The notes beneath the pieces are model-generated. The model saw only the letters and a list, made by a program, of their open reading frames with translations. It did not search any database and was not told the DNA's origin. Made by a program: the position numbers and the translations under genes. Below, one piece after another: positions 14,647-23,350 of a stretch of DNA of 32,000 nucleotides; positions within the stretch are counted from its first letter, which is position 1; each line of letters begins with the position of its first letter. The stretch spans positions 480,001 to 512,000 of the forward strand of contig NC_000854.2 of the NCBI RefSeq assembly GCF_000011125.1. Direction: 5' to 3'. Origin of the DNA: Aeropyrum pernix K1 (GTDB lineage: Archaea; Thermoproteota; Thermoprotei_A; Sulfolobales; Acidilobaceae).

Positions 14647-16827
14647 ATGGTTCGCGTGGAGCGTCTGAGGACTGGAGTGGAGGGTTTCGACCCTCTGGTG
14701 GCTGGGGGGATACCCAGGGGCTTCTTCGTGGCCGTTGTGGGGGAGCCCGGGACTGGGAAGACCGTGTTCAGCATACACTTCGCCTACCAGGGGGTGCGTG
14801 AGGGGGATAAGGTCATATATGTGACCACCGAGGAGAGTAGAGAAAGTGTCTTGAAGCAGGCGGCAATGTTCGGCATGGACCTGGGCAGGGCTGTGGACGA
14901 GGGCAGGGCTATAGTTATTGACGCCCTGTTGAAGAGTAGGAGCGACGAGTGGAGCCTCGAGGATGTCAGCGTCGAAAGCCTGGTTAACAAGGTTCTGGAG
15001 GCAAAGAGGGCCCTGGGGTATGGAAGGGCTAGGCTCGTTGTGGACAGTATGAGCGCCTTCTGGCTGGACAAGCCGGCCATGGCTAGGAAGTACAGCTACA
15101 TGGTGAAGAGGGTCCTCTACCGCTGGGACTTCACCACGCTGCTCGTCAGCCAGTACGCTATAACAACCCAGAGTCTCCCGCCCTGGGAGCCAATAGTGGT
15201 TAGGAGGGGCGACGAGGTTAGGGTTACCAGTATCGGGGAGTTCGTAGACTCGTTCCTGGAGGGCGAGGGGGGTCTAGACATAGGCGGGCTAGGCTACTAC
15301 ACCCTCTCCCTCGATACTAGGACCCTGAAGCCTGTGTGGAGGAGGATCAGGGGGGTTATAAAGCATAGGATAAGGGGGAGGCTGCTGCGGGTGAAGGCTT
15401 CGAAGGGGCGCTCCATAGACCTCACGGGAAGCCACTCCATATACCGCATATCGCGGGGCGGGGGCTTGGAGGTGGTGGGCTCTAGCGACTTGAGGCCGGG
15501 GGATAGCCTGGTTACACCAGCCAGTGTAGAGCTGCCGGAGTCGGCTCCGTCGAGCATAAACGCTGCTCGGGAGCTGTGGTCTAGGGGTGTCGAGGGGATA
15601 TTCGTGGTGGGGCTCCCGGGAGAGGCCGCGGGCTACCGGGGTGTTGAAAGGAGCCGGGGATACGACGGAGGCCACGCCATCCCCCTGGAAACGCTGGTGG
15701 AGAGGTATGGCGATAGTGTGTGGAGCCTGGTGTCGGGAGCTAAGCTGGCTGTTTCCCGGGGGGCTGCTGGGGACCACCCAGTCCCGGCTACAATACCGCT
15801 CGACACGGGCTTCTACCTCCTCCTAGGCTTCATAGTCTCCGCTGGCAGTGTGGACGTGGAGGGGGGGCATGTTACGGTAACACTAGGGCCAGGTAGGGAA
15901 GGCTATGTGGGCGATGTGGTTGAAGCCGTCAACTCGACAGCGCCTGGGGCGGGTGTTAGGATAAGCAGCGGCGCCCGAGGTATGGAGGTTACAATTCGAT
16001 CGAGAGTACTGTCCGAACTGTTAGCCAGGGTGTTTGGAGCCGGGCCAGGGCCCAACCGGGATATACCCTCCATCGTGTTCAGGGCGCCAAAGCCTATGAA
16101 GAGGGTCTTCCTGAAAGGCCTCTACGCGGGAGGAGGAGTCTTCGACAGGAGCAGCGGAAGCCTGATATACGCGACAGACAGCCGAAGCCTGTTGAACGGT
16201 CTGGCACTACTGCTTCTCAACGTGGGGGCAGGCGGCTACAGGATTGACAGTGGGGATTCCGGCCGGGCCCTGGCCCTCATAGTCGAGAATGCAGGGAGGC
16301 TTGATGCTATTGGAGAAGTGTTGGAGCACCTTGGTTTCCACGGAGGCAGAGAGGCTGTCCAGGGTGTTGGAGCGTTAGAAAGGGCTACGGCTGGTCTAGC
16401 CGGCCAGGCGACTGTTGCAGTACAGAGGCCAGCAACCCGGGGAGGCCCGGGCGTGGATGTGGCCGGCGTCACCGGCCTAGAGCATCTAGAAGCCAGCACC
16501 GAGTTCGTCTACGACCTCTCAGTAGAGGGTGATGAAAACTTTTTCGCAGGCCTGGGCTGGATACTGGTGCATAACAGCGCGTTCGGCTGGGGCCTCGAGC
16601 ATGTGGCCGACGGCATCATAAGGTTTAGGAGGAGGATCGTTGGAGGCGCTTTGAGGCGCTACGTTGTTGTTGAGAAGATGAGGCAGACGCCGCACGACCT
16701 CAGGGTGCACCGGGTTGAGATAGAGGATGGCAGGGGGATGAGGATAGCGGGGCCCCTGGAGGCCAGGCCCGAGGACCTCAGGATGCCTGAGGACCTCAGG
16801 CGCAGGCTTAAGGGAGGCGGCCCCTAG
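14647..16827 (+). CDS. KaiC-like RecA-superfamily ATPase precursor interrupted in frame by an intein
   Basis: N-extein: GVEGFDPLVAGGIPRG, GEPGTGKT, VVDSMSAFWLDKP, LLVSQYAITTQ. C-extein: SAFGWGLEHVADGIIRFRRR. Splicing would restore SQYAITTQ-SAFGWG. Confidence 0.92.
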   Translation: MVRVERLRTGVEGFDPLVAGGIPRGFFVAVVGEPGTGKTVFSIHFAYQGVREGDKVIYVTTEESRESVLKQAAMFGMDLGRAVDEGRAIVIDALLKSRSDEWSLEDVSVESLVNKVLEAKRALGYGRARLVVDSMSAFWLDKPAMARKYSYMVKRVLYRWDFTTLLVSQYAITTQSLPPWEPIVVRRGDEVRVTSIGEFVDSFLEGEGGLDIGGLGYYTLSLDTRTLKPVWRRIRGVIKHRIRGRLLRVKASKGRSIDLTGSHSIYRISRGGGLEVVGSSDLRPGDSLVTPASVELPESAPSSINAARELWSRGVEGIFVVGLPGEAAGYRGVERSRGYDGGHAIPLETLVERYGDSVWSLVSGAKLAVSRGAAGDHPVPATIPLDTGFYLLLGFIVSAGSVDVEGGHVTVTLGPGREGYVGDVVEAVNSTAPGAGVRISSGARGMEVTIRSRVLSELLARVFGAGPGPNRDIPSIVFRAPKPMKRVFLKGLYAGGGVFDRSSGSLIYATDSRSLLNGLALLLLNVGAGGYRIDSGDSGRALALIVENAGRLDAIGEVLEHLGFHGGREAVQGVGALERATAGLAGQATVAVQRPATRGGPGVDVAGVTGLEHLEASTEFVYDLSVEGDENFFAGLGWILVHNSAFGWGLEHVADGIIRFRRRIVGGALRRYVVVEKMRQTPHDLRVHRVEIEDGRGMRIAGPLEARPEDLRMPEDLRRRLKGGGP
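15172..16575 (+). other. Intein (468 aa) with degenerate LAGLIDADG homing endonuclease region
   Basis: Starts SLPPWEPIVVRRGDEVRV, block B-like SKGRSIDLTGSHSIYRI, block F VYDLSVEGDENFFAG, block G GWILVHN|S. Codon positions checked (Ser1 AGT 15172, Asn AAC 16573-16575, +1 Ser AGC). Confidence 0.93.
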
Positions 16828-16866
16828 AGAATATTCGGGACCGGCCGGGCACGGGCTCCACATGCT

Positions 16867-17982
16867 GTGGAACGGCGGCGGTGGCTGGGAGCAATGGCTG
16901 GTGTCTGCCCGTCTTGCGGGAGAACCTTGGAGGGTAGTGGTGTTAGGAGGCTGTGTCCAGACTGCTATGTCGAGCGTTATGGTGTGGCCAGGATACCGGA
17001 GGCTGTGAAGTTCGTCTACTGCAGGGACTGCGGCGCCTACAGGTACCAGGGTGGTTGGAACGAGGGTTTAGAGAGTGTCGAGGACACGCTTAGGGAGTAT
17101 CTACATATGGTTTTGACTGTGAGGATGAAGCCCACTGAGGCCGTGGAGGAGGCTTGGGTTGAGTCTATAGAACTCGTGCAGGCGTTCGCCGGGCCGGGAG
17201 TCTACACCGCTTTGGTGACCGTGGCTGGAAGGGCCGGGGGCCAGAGTCTGGTCGAGAGGAAGATTATCACCGTGGAGGCGTCGCAGGCCCTCTGCCCCCG
17301 CTGCACAGCCAGGTCTACCGGGAGGGGTTTCGAGGCGGAGGTCAAGGTGAGGAGCACTGCAGGCTCGCTGGGCAGAGATGTCAAGACGGGCATAGCCAGG
17401 GTCCTCAGGAGGAGCAGGTCGATAGCAGGCTTCGTAGTGAAGGTAGACGAGAATAGGGAGGGCTTGGACATCTACCTCACGGACCAGACTGCAGCCAGGA
17501 TGCTGGCGGGGAAGCTTAGGTCGGAGTTCTCGGCCGAGGTAAAGGAGTCCTACAAGCTTGTAGGCAGGCAGCCGTCGGGCAGGAGGAAGGGCAGGCTGAC
17601 CATATCCGTCAGGATACCCGAGTACAGGCCTGGAGAGCTGATCTCGGTGGAGGGGAGGCCCCACCTCTACCTGGGGAGGAGCGGCAGGGGCCTCGTTACT
17701 ATAGACCTGGACACTGGGAGGGAGAGGGTTGTCGACACGAGCAGGACGGGAGTTCTAGCTGGCGTCAAGCGCTACGAGCCCGGGGCCAGGCTGAGGAGGA
17801 TGATGCTTCTGAGCAGCAGCGGGGACTCCATGGTGTTCCTGGATGTGGATAAGGGGATGCAGGAGGTGGTTGACGCGCCCAGGGGCTCTGTGAGGCCCTT
17901 CGTAGAGAGCATGGAGCCGGGTAGGGTTTACGAGGTCTTTATACACGGCGGCCGGATATATGTGCTGAGGGAGACCGGTTAG
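16867..17982 (+). CDS. NMD3-related archaeal protein
   Basis: N-terminal zinc motifs CPSCGRTLEG..CPDCYVERYG, FVYCRDCGAYRYQGGW, and a later CPRC. Confidence 0.85.
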   Translation: MERRRWLGAMAGVCPSCGRTLEGSGVRRLCPDCYVERYGVARIPEAVKFVYCRDCGAYRYQGGWNEGLESVEDTLREYLHMVLTVRMKPTEAVEEAWVESIELVQAFAGPGVYTALVTVAGRAGGQSLVERKIITVEASQALCPRCTARSTGRGFEAEVKVRSTAGSLGRDVKTGIARVLRRSRSIAGFVVKVDENREGLDIYLTDQTAARMLAGKLRSEFSAEVKESYKLVGRQPSGRRKGRLTISVRIPEYRPGELISVEGRPHLYLGRSGRGLVTIDLDTGRERVVDTSRTGVLAGVKRYEPGARLRRMMLLSSSGDSMVFLDVDKGMQEVVDAPRGSVRPFVESMEPGRVYEVFIHGGRIYVLRETG

Positions 17983-17999
17983 AGTGGAGGTCGTGAAAG

Positions 18000-18335
18000 T
18001 TGGCTAGGGGTAGAGGTAGGCACGAGAGGAGGGGCGAGATGCCGCTCCCCAGCGAGGACGAGGGGACGATGCTGTGTATAGTGCAGCGCGTCGTGGGGGC
18101 CGGGTTCCTGGAGGTCCTCTGCACCGACGGGGAGGTCTACATGGCCAGGATACCTGGTAAGATGCGTAGGAGGGTGTGGATGAGGGAGGGCGATGTAGTC
18201 CTCTTCCTCCCCTGGGGCACTGCTGACAAGAAGGGGGAGGTTGTCTACAGGTATCTGAGGGACGAGGTTAGGAAGCTTATCGACATGAACCTCCTGCCCG
18301 AGGAGCTGGTGGAAGAGGTGGCTGGAGCGGAGTGA
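18000..18335 (+). CDS. eif1A: Translation initiation factor aIF-1A
   Basis: EGTMLCIVQRVVGAGFLEVLCTDGEVYMARIPGKMRRRVWMREGDVVLFLPWG: S1/OB fold. Confidence 0.92.
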   Translation: MARGRGRHERRGEMPLPSEDEGTMLCIVQRVVGAGFLEVLCTDGEVYMARIPGKMRRRVWMREGDVVLFLPWGTADKKGEVVYRYLRDEVRKLIDMNLLPEELVEEVAGAE

Positions 18336-19132
18336 GGCGGAGGGCTAGATGGCTGAGGAGGGAGAGGGAGGAGGAAGAGAGGGTTAAGGACCGGGACATG
18401 TTTAAGATTGTGGACGAGGTTTTCGACTCCATAACCCTCTCCCACCTCTACAGGCTCTACTCGCGCAAGGTCCTCAGGGAGCTCAAGGGCTCTATAAGCA
18501 GCGGTAAGGAGTCTAAGGTCTACTGGGGCGTCGCGTGGGATAGGAGCGACGTCGCCGTTAAGATATACCTCTCGTTCACTTCCGACTTCAGGAAGAGCAT
18601 TAGAAAATATATTGTCGGGGACCCCAGGTTCGAGGACATCCCCGCAGGCAACATAAGGAGGCTGATATACGAGTGGGCTAGGAAAGAGTACAGGAACCTC
18701 AGGAGGATGCGCGAGTCGGGGGTCAGGGTTCCCAGGCCCGTGGCCGTCGAGGCAAACATTATAGTTATGGAGTTCCTGGGCGAGAAGGGGTACAGGGCCC
18801 CTACCCTGGCTGAGGCTGTCGAGGAGCTTGATAGGGGGGAGGCGGAGGCTATAGCGGCCGAGGTCCTCCGCCAGGCGGAGGCTATAGTATGTAGGGCCAG
18901 GCTCGTGCACGCCGACCTCAGCGAGTACAACATACTAGTCTGGAGGGGGGAGCCCTGGATAATAGACGTCTCCCAGGCGGTGCCCCACAGCCACCCGAAC
19001 GCTGAGGAGTTTCTAGAGAGGGACGTGGAGAACCTCCACAGGTTCTTGACAGGTAAGATGGGGTTCGAGTTCGACTTTGACGCTTATCTCTCTAGGCTAA
19101 AAAGCTGTATCCACCGGGGTGCTAGGGGTTGA
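18332..19132 (+). CDS. RIO1-type serine protein kinase
   Basis: ISSGKESKVYWGV, YIVGDPRFEDI, RVPRPVAVEANIIVMEFLG, LVHADLSEYNILVW, IIDVSQAV. Confidence 0.93.
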   Translation: MRRRARWLRREREEEERVKDRDMFKIVDEVFDSITLSHLYRLYSRKVLRELKGSISSGKESKVYWGVAWDRSDVAVKIYLSFTSDFRKSIRKYIVGDPRFEDIPAGNIRRLIYEWARKEYRNLRRMRESGVRVPRPVAVEANIIVMEFLGEKGYRAPTLAEAVEELDRGEAEAIAAEVLRQAEAIVCRARLVHADLSEYNILVWRGEPWIIDVSQAVPHSHPNAEEFLERDVENLHRFLTGKMGFEFDFDAYLSRLKSCIHRGARG

Positions 19133-19716
19133 GTGGGGAGCAGGTGAAGCCTAGGATATACGTTAAGGTGAAGCCGGAGAGGCTGGGCGCCGTGATAGGG
19201 CCCCGGGGTGAGGTGAAGGCTGAGATAATGAGGAGGACAGGCACTGTGATAACTGTGGACACCGAGAACTCTATGGTTATAGTGGAGCCCGAGGCTGAAG
19301 GCATCCCCCCGGTTAACCTTATGAAGGCCGCCGAGGTTGTGAAGGCCATCTCCCTCGGTTTCCCCCCGGAAAAGGCTTTCAGACTGCTGGAGGAGGATCA
19401 GATACTGGTGGTCGTCGACCTGAAGCAGGTTGTTGGGGACAGCCAGAACCACTTGAAGAGGATAAAAGGCAGGATCATAGGCGAGGGCGGCAGGGCCAGG
19501 AGGACTATAGAGGAGATGACGGACACCTACATAAACGTGGGTGAGTACGAGGTCGCCATAATAGGTGACTACGAGAGGGCTATGGCTGCTAAGCAGGCCA
19601 TAGAGATGCTCGCCGAAGGGAGGATGCACAGCACAGTCTACAGGCACCTAGAGAGGATTATGAGGGAGATAAAGAGGAGGGAGCGCCTCAAGATGTGGGC
19701 CAGGGAAGAGCTGTGA
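19129..19716 (+). CDS. KH-domain RNA-processing protein (Pno1/Dim2-like)
   Basis: VKVKPERLGAVIGPRGEVKAEIMRRTGTVITVDTENSMV and LKRIKGRIIGEGGRARRTIEEMTDTYINVGEYEVAIIGDY. Confidence 0.88.
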   Translation: MSGEQVKPRIYVKVKPERLGAVIGPRGEVKAEIMRRTGTVITVDTENSMVIVEPEAEGIPPVNLMKAAEVVKAISLGFPPEKAFRLLEEDQILVVVDLKQVVGDSQNHLKRIKGRIIGEGGRARRTIEEMTDTYINVGEYEVAIIGDYERAMAAKQAIEMLAEGRMHSTVYRHLERIMREIKRRERLKMWAREEL

Positions 19717-19773
19717 CCACCCGCTATTTAGAGGGCCCCGTGCAACCCTAGTCTGTCTGGGGGGTATGGCTGG

Positions 19774-20649
19774 TTGGTTGAGAGGGTGGCGGTTGTAGGA
19801 GCGGGTAGAATGGGCTCTGGGGCGGCTAGGAGGCTCGCGTCAAGGGGGTACAGGGTAGTCGTCTGGAGCAGGAGCTGGGAGAAGGCTGAGAGGCTTGCTA
19901 GAGAGGCTGGTTTGGAGGCTGCCAGGAGTCTCGTGGACGCTTTAGCCGAGTCCGAGGCCGCCATAGCCTTCGTATCTGACGACGACGCTCTCCTAAACGT
20001 CGTGTCCCAGGTTAGGAGGAGCGACGGCCTAATCTTTGTGAACAGCGCGACCACAACACCCAGGGCCAGCGTCTCGGCGGCCAGGTATCTGGAGGGGCTG
20101 GGGGTGCAGTATGTGGAGGCGCCTGTGATAGGGGGGCCTGGGGCTCTGGAGCGGGGCGAGGCTATAGTGCTCGCCGCAGCCCCCAGGAGCGCTCTAGCCC
20201 CCGCTGTCCCGCTACTCTCGGAGCTGGGGGAGCTGGTTAAGGTGGGGGAGAGCTACGGCATGGCGGCAGCCATGAAGCTCGCCTTCAACAACCTGCTCCT
20301 GACAACCCTTGTTGGCCTTGGGGAGAGCCTGCTGATACTCGACGCCTATGGAGTGGACAAGACGCTTTTCTCCAGCATACTAGAGAGAACCGTCTTCTCG
20401 GGCCTAGCTGGCAAGTACTTCGAGCGGGCTGTGTCGAAGCCCAAGCCAACATTCACAGTATCACTCGCGGAGAAGGACGCTAGATACGCTTTCCAAGCCC
20501 TAGCAGACAGGGGCTATCCGCGGCTGGTCTCCCAGGCTGTCTCTAACGTTTACGCCATGCTCTCCCACATGGGGTTTGGTGATGAGGACTACGTTGGGGT
20601 CTACAGGCTTCTGAAGAAGGCGGGGGCTGGTGGTGGTGAGGAGTCTTAG
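19774..20649 (+). CDS. NAD(P)-binding beta-hydroxyacid dehydrogenase (3-hydroxyisobutyrate dehydrogenase family)
   Basis: VAVVGAGRMGSGAARRLASRGYRVVVWSRS; FVNSATTTP; VEAPVIGGPGALERGE; AMKLAFNNLL; SLAEKDARYA. Confidence 0.88.
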   Translation: MVERVAVVGAGRMGSGAARRLASRGYRVVVWSRSWEKAERLAREAGLEAARSLVDALAESEAAIAFVSDDDALLNVVSQVRRSDGLIFVNSATTTPRASVSAARYLEGLGVQYVEAPVIGGPGALERGEAIVLAAAPRSALAPAVPLLSELGELVKVGESYGMAAAMKLAFNNLLLTTLVGLGESLLILDAYGVDKTLFSSILERTVFSGLAGKYFERAVSKPKPTFTVSLAEKDARYAFQALADRGYPRLVSQAVSNVYAMLSHMGFGDEDYVGVYRLLKKAGAGGGEES

Positions 20650-21706
20650 CGTAGTGGGCCTGGGCCCGGCGGGGGCTGGAGCCGCTGCCGCCGCCTCTAG
20701 GCTGGGAGTGAAGCCCGTCATATACGAGGCTATGGAGAAGCCCGGCTTGAAGCCGTGCGGCAGGGGCCTTCCAATAGTCGACGGCGGCTTGCCCGTAAGC
20801 ATACCACGGGACTCTATTCTCAGGCGCATAAGAGGGGCCAGGATGTATGTGGACGGCGAGTTCCTCTTCGAGATGAAGGGATTCCTCGACGGCTATATAG
20901 TCGACAAGACGGTGATGCTGGAGGCTATAGCTGTCGAGGCCGGCGGCGAGATACACTATAGGGCCAAGTATAAGCCGGGCTCCTCAACTGTTAGGCTCCC
21001 CGGGGGCGGCGAGGCCAGGGTGGAGCAGGGCGTCTTCGCGGGGGGGCACCCATACTATGGTGGGGCGAAGATAGCGGCTGTACAGTGGATAATGAAGACC
21101 GGCCCGAGGAGCGACCCCGTGGGTGACATGCTAGAGATACACTTCGACACGGAATTGCTGGGCTATGCATACATATTCCCCAAGGAGGAGGGGTTCATAG
21201 AAGTCGGCATAGGAGGCTTCGCCACGCCGAGGGAGCTGAGGGAGAGGCTGGAGAGCTTCATACACAAGCGGAGCGACCTCCGGGAGCTCGAGAGGGTGAA
21301 GCTGGAGGGCGCCAGGATAGCGATCGGCGGGCTAGACTTGGGAGTGGTAGACGGGCTGGTGAAGGCCGGGGAGGCTGCGGGCTTCGTGCTCCCACTCACG
21401 GGCGAGGGGATAAGGCCATCCCTCATATCCGGCTACGAGGCCGCCTCGGCGTTGATAGAGGGCGGCAGCCCCCTGGAGAAGCTGAGATCCCTGCCCATAG
21501 CCAGGGCAGTCTCCATGCAGAAGAGGATACTAGACCTAGTAGCAGGCATGAGTGTCGAGGAGAGGAGGAGCCTCCTCAAGTCGCTGACGCCCCGGGCCCA
21601 CGCCGAGATAGCCCTGGGCATGTTCAGGAAGCACATCCTCCTCAAAGAACTGGCAAGGAGTCCCCGAGCCCTGAGCCTCCTAGGCCTCGTGACAAGGCTC
21701 ATCTAG
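20630..21706 (+). CDS. Geranylgeranyl reductase-like FAD flavoprotein
   Basis: SVVGLGPAGAGAAAAASRLGVKPVIYEA, KPCGRGLP, YIFPKEEGFIEVGIGG, GLVKAGEAAGFVLPLTGEGIRPSLISGYEAA. Confidence 0.8.
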   Translation: MVVRSLSVVGLGPAGAGAAAAASRLGVKPVIYEAMEKPGLKPCGRGLPIVDGGLPVSIPRDSILRRIRGARMYVDGEFLFEMKGFLDGYIVDKTVMLEAIAVEAGGEIHYRAKYKPGSSTVRLPGGGEARVEQGVFAGGHPYYGGAKIAAVQWIMKTGPRSDPVGDMLEIHFDTELLGYAYIFPKEEGFIEVGIGGFATPRELRERLESFIHKRSDLRELERVKLEGARIAIGGLDLGVVDGLVKAGEAAGFVLPLTGEGIRPSLISGYEAASALIEGGSPLEKLRSLPIARAVSMQKRILDLVAGMSVEERRSLLKSLTPRAHAEIALGMFRKHILLKELARSPRALSLLGLVTRLI

Positions 21707-22189
21707 GCTGGCGGTCCGGCGAGAGCCCTAGGCCATCCCATAGCTGTGAGCCACGGTTAGCTAGTCTTCATCCCGCCAAAACTATGTAGATTTCTCTTAG
21801 AACTCTCTTAATGCTTGTTGGGCGGGTGGCGGGCGTTGCGTAGTAGGGTTGTGGATCCCCTGGGGGCTTACGGCATCCTCCGTGGGTTGAGGGTTATCGC
21901 TGCTGTAGGGGGCGTCTGGGAGTCCTGCGAGCCTGCTCACGACGTGCCAGCATAGCTTAAGAGTTTGGGCTAGATGATAGACCCGGTTAACCCTAGCTAT
22001 GGGGATGTCCCGGCTAGATGGGCTGCTCCAGCCTCGACGAAATACCGGGCGAGGTGACCCGAGGCCATCTATACCTTAATAATCCTTGTTGCATATTCTC
22101 GGTTTTCCGGCTTTCCCTTGAGTGCTTAGGCGGGTGGAACACCATAGACTACCTGGAAGGCGGAACCCTAAACAACTCGGAACACCGTT

Positions 22190-22624
22190 TTGAGGTATGA
22201 GGTGCTCTACTTGAGGGTGAGGGAGAAGGCCTGGCTGTGGCTCAGGGCAGCTAGGAGGGACCTTGGGAGGGCAGAGTACAGCCTCAAGGTAGGGGATCGG
22301 GCCGCGGCCACGTTCTGGTCCCAGCAAGCGGCCGAGAAAGCGTTGAAGGGCCTGCTCCTAGCATTCAAGGGGGACTACCCTAAAACTCACAGCATAAGGA
22401 GGCTGCTAGAGGATCTGGGCTTAGACCTCGGGTTGAGCGAGGGTGAGCTGGAGGATGCATTTGAGCTAACCCAGTATTATTACCTCTCCCGCTACCCAGA
22501 CGTGGTTGAGGAGCTGCCGGATGAAGTCATCGGCAGGAGGTCGGCGGAGCGGGCGGTTAACGCGGCTAGAAGAATTGTTGAGGCTGCGGAGAGAGCGTTG
22601 GAGGAGGCTTCTAAGGGAGATTGA
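22190..22624 (+). CDS. HEPN domain protein (putative toxin)
   Basis: RAARRDLGRAEYSLKVGDRAAATFWSQQAAEKALKGLLLAFKGDYPKTHSIRRLLEDLG and YYYLSRYPDV. True start may be the in-frame ATG/GTG/TTG at about 22199-22211. Confidence 0.85.
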   Translation: MRYEVLYLRVREKAWLWLRAARRDLGRAEYSLKVGDRAAATFWSQQAAEKALKGLLLAFKGDYPKTHSIRRLLEDLGLDLGLSEGELEDAFELTQYYYLSRYPDVVEELPDEVIGRRSAERAVNAARRIVEAAERALEEASKGD

Positions 22625-22949
22625 ATCGTGGCTTACAGAGCTAGCTCTGAAGCTTGAGGAGCGGGGTGTCAAGGTGGACGAGGTTAAGCTCTTCGGCAGC
22701 TTCGCCCGCGGCGACTACGCTGAGGGGAGCGATCTGGACTTAGTGGTGGTCTCCAGGGACTGGGAGGGAGTTAACTACGTTGAGAGACTCTCACTCCTCT
22801 ACAAGCTCTGGGACAAGCCCCTCGACGCCAATTTCATCCCGCTAACACCCGAGGAGCTGGCCGAGAGGCTTGAGGCAAGTGTAACCCTCAAGGACGCCTC
22901 GAAGTACTGGATCACAATCTATAGGAGAGACCGTAGGAGAGAGCAGTGA
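22576..22949 (+). CDS. MNT-type minimal nucleotidyltransferase (putative antitoxin); start uncertain
   Basis: VDEVKLFGSFARGDYAEGSDLDLVVVSRDW (GSFARG..SDLDL signature). The track ORF begins at 22506 but overlaps the HEPN gene heavily; tandem TTG codons near 22576 are more plausible starts. Confidence 0.82.
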
Positions 22950-23127
22950 ACACGCCCCACCCCGTCCCATCCAAACACCCAAGGAGGGCGGGGGAGGCGT
23001 TGGCGGGGGCAGAAACACTAAGCTGTAACTTTCTGTATCTGACTGTATCTTTCTATACCGCGTAGAGCTATTAGATAGGCTGATGTTGAATGCCTATCTA
23101 AGCCATATCTCTTCGTTATGTAGCTCA

Positions 23128-23146
23128 TATTGGGGAATCCCCAATA
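23128..23146. promoter_or_regulatory. Near-perfect 19-bp palindrome TATTGGGGA-A-TCCCCAATA immediately upstream of TATA-like boxes
   Basis: 9-bp arms around one base, followed by acTTATAAg (about 23149-23156) and agTTTATAAAcc (about 23164-23175). Confidence 0.45.
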
Positions 23147-23180
23147 AAACTTATAAGGCTTTAAGTTTATAAACCTGACC

Positions 23181-23350
23181 CGGTGACCCCGGGGTTCCCG
23201 AGGGAAGCCCCCAGGGGCTTCCGTAGGCGGCCCCGGGGAGACCGTGATGAACCCAGCCGTGCCCGACACAACCTGCCATAATTTGTTACATGAAGGCACG
23301 GTTTGGGTGAACGGCTCCACCAGCCCACTCTCATACTGTCCTGGTGGGTT
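23181..23350 (+). ncRNA. Candidate structured non-coding RNA (family not identified)
   Basis: Three consecutive hairpins read from sequence: CGGT(GA)CCCCGGGG 23181-23194 / CCCCGGGG(AG)ACCG 23231-23244 enclosing GGAAGCCC/GGGCTTCC; ACCCA.CCGTGCC 23251-23263 / GGCACGG..TGGGT 23295-23308; CCACCAG 23317-23323 / CTGGTGG 23341-23347. TATA boxes lie directly upstream. Confidence 0.45.

Noticed and set aside
14784-15777. Minus-strand ORFs antisense to the KaiC-like/intein gene
   Set aside because: Low-complexity shadow ORFs opposite strong motifs on the plus strand.
19084-19647. 187-aa minus-strand ORF
   Set aside because: Antisense of the KH-domain protein gene; His/Tyr/Pro-rich artefact composition.
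22506-22575. Upstream start of the MNT ORF given by the track
   Set aside because: It would overlap the HEPN gene by over 100 nt with non-domain, R-rich sequence; the TTG codons near 22576 or further downstream are more plausible.
23239-23250. C/D box sRNA based on GTGATGA
   Set aside because: Only a box-C-like element was found, with no properly spaced CTGA box D and no C'/D' pair; not enough to call.
23181-23350. Identification as SRP RNA, RNase P RNA or 5S rRNA
   Set aside because: The conserved sequence motifs I know for these (e.g. GAGGAAAGUCC and AGAA..GGCUUA for RNase P, the GGAAGGGAGCAG-type SRP S-domain/Alu elements, 5S loop sequences) are absent, so it is kept as unidentified.
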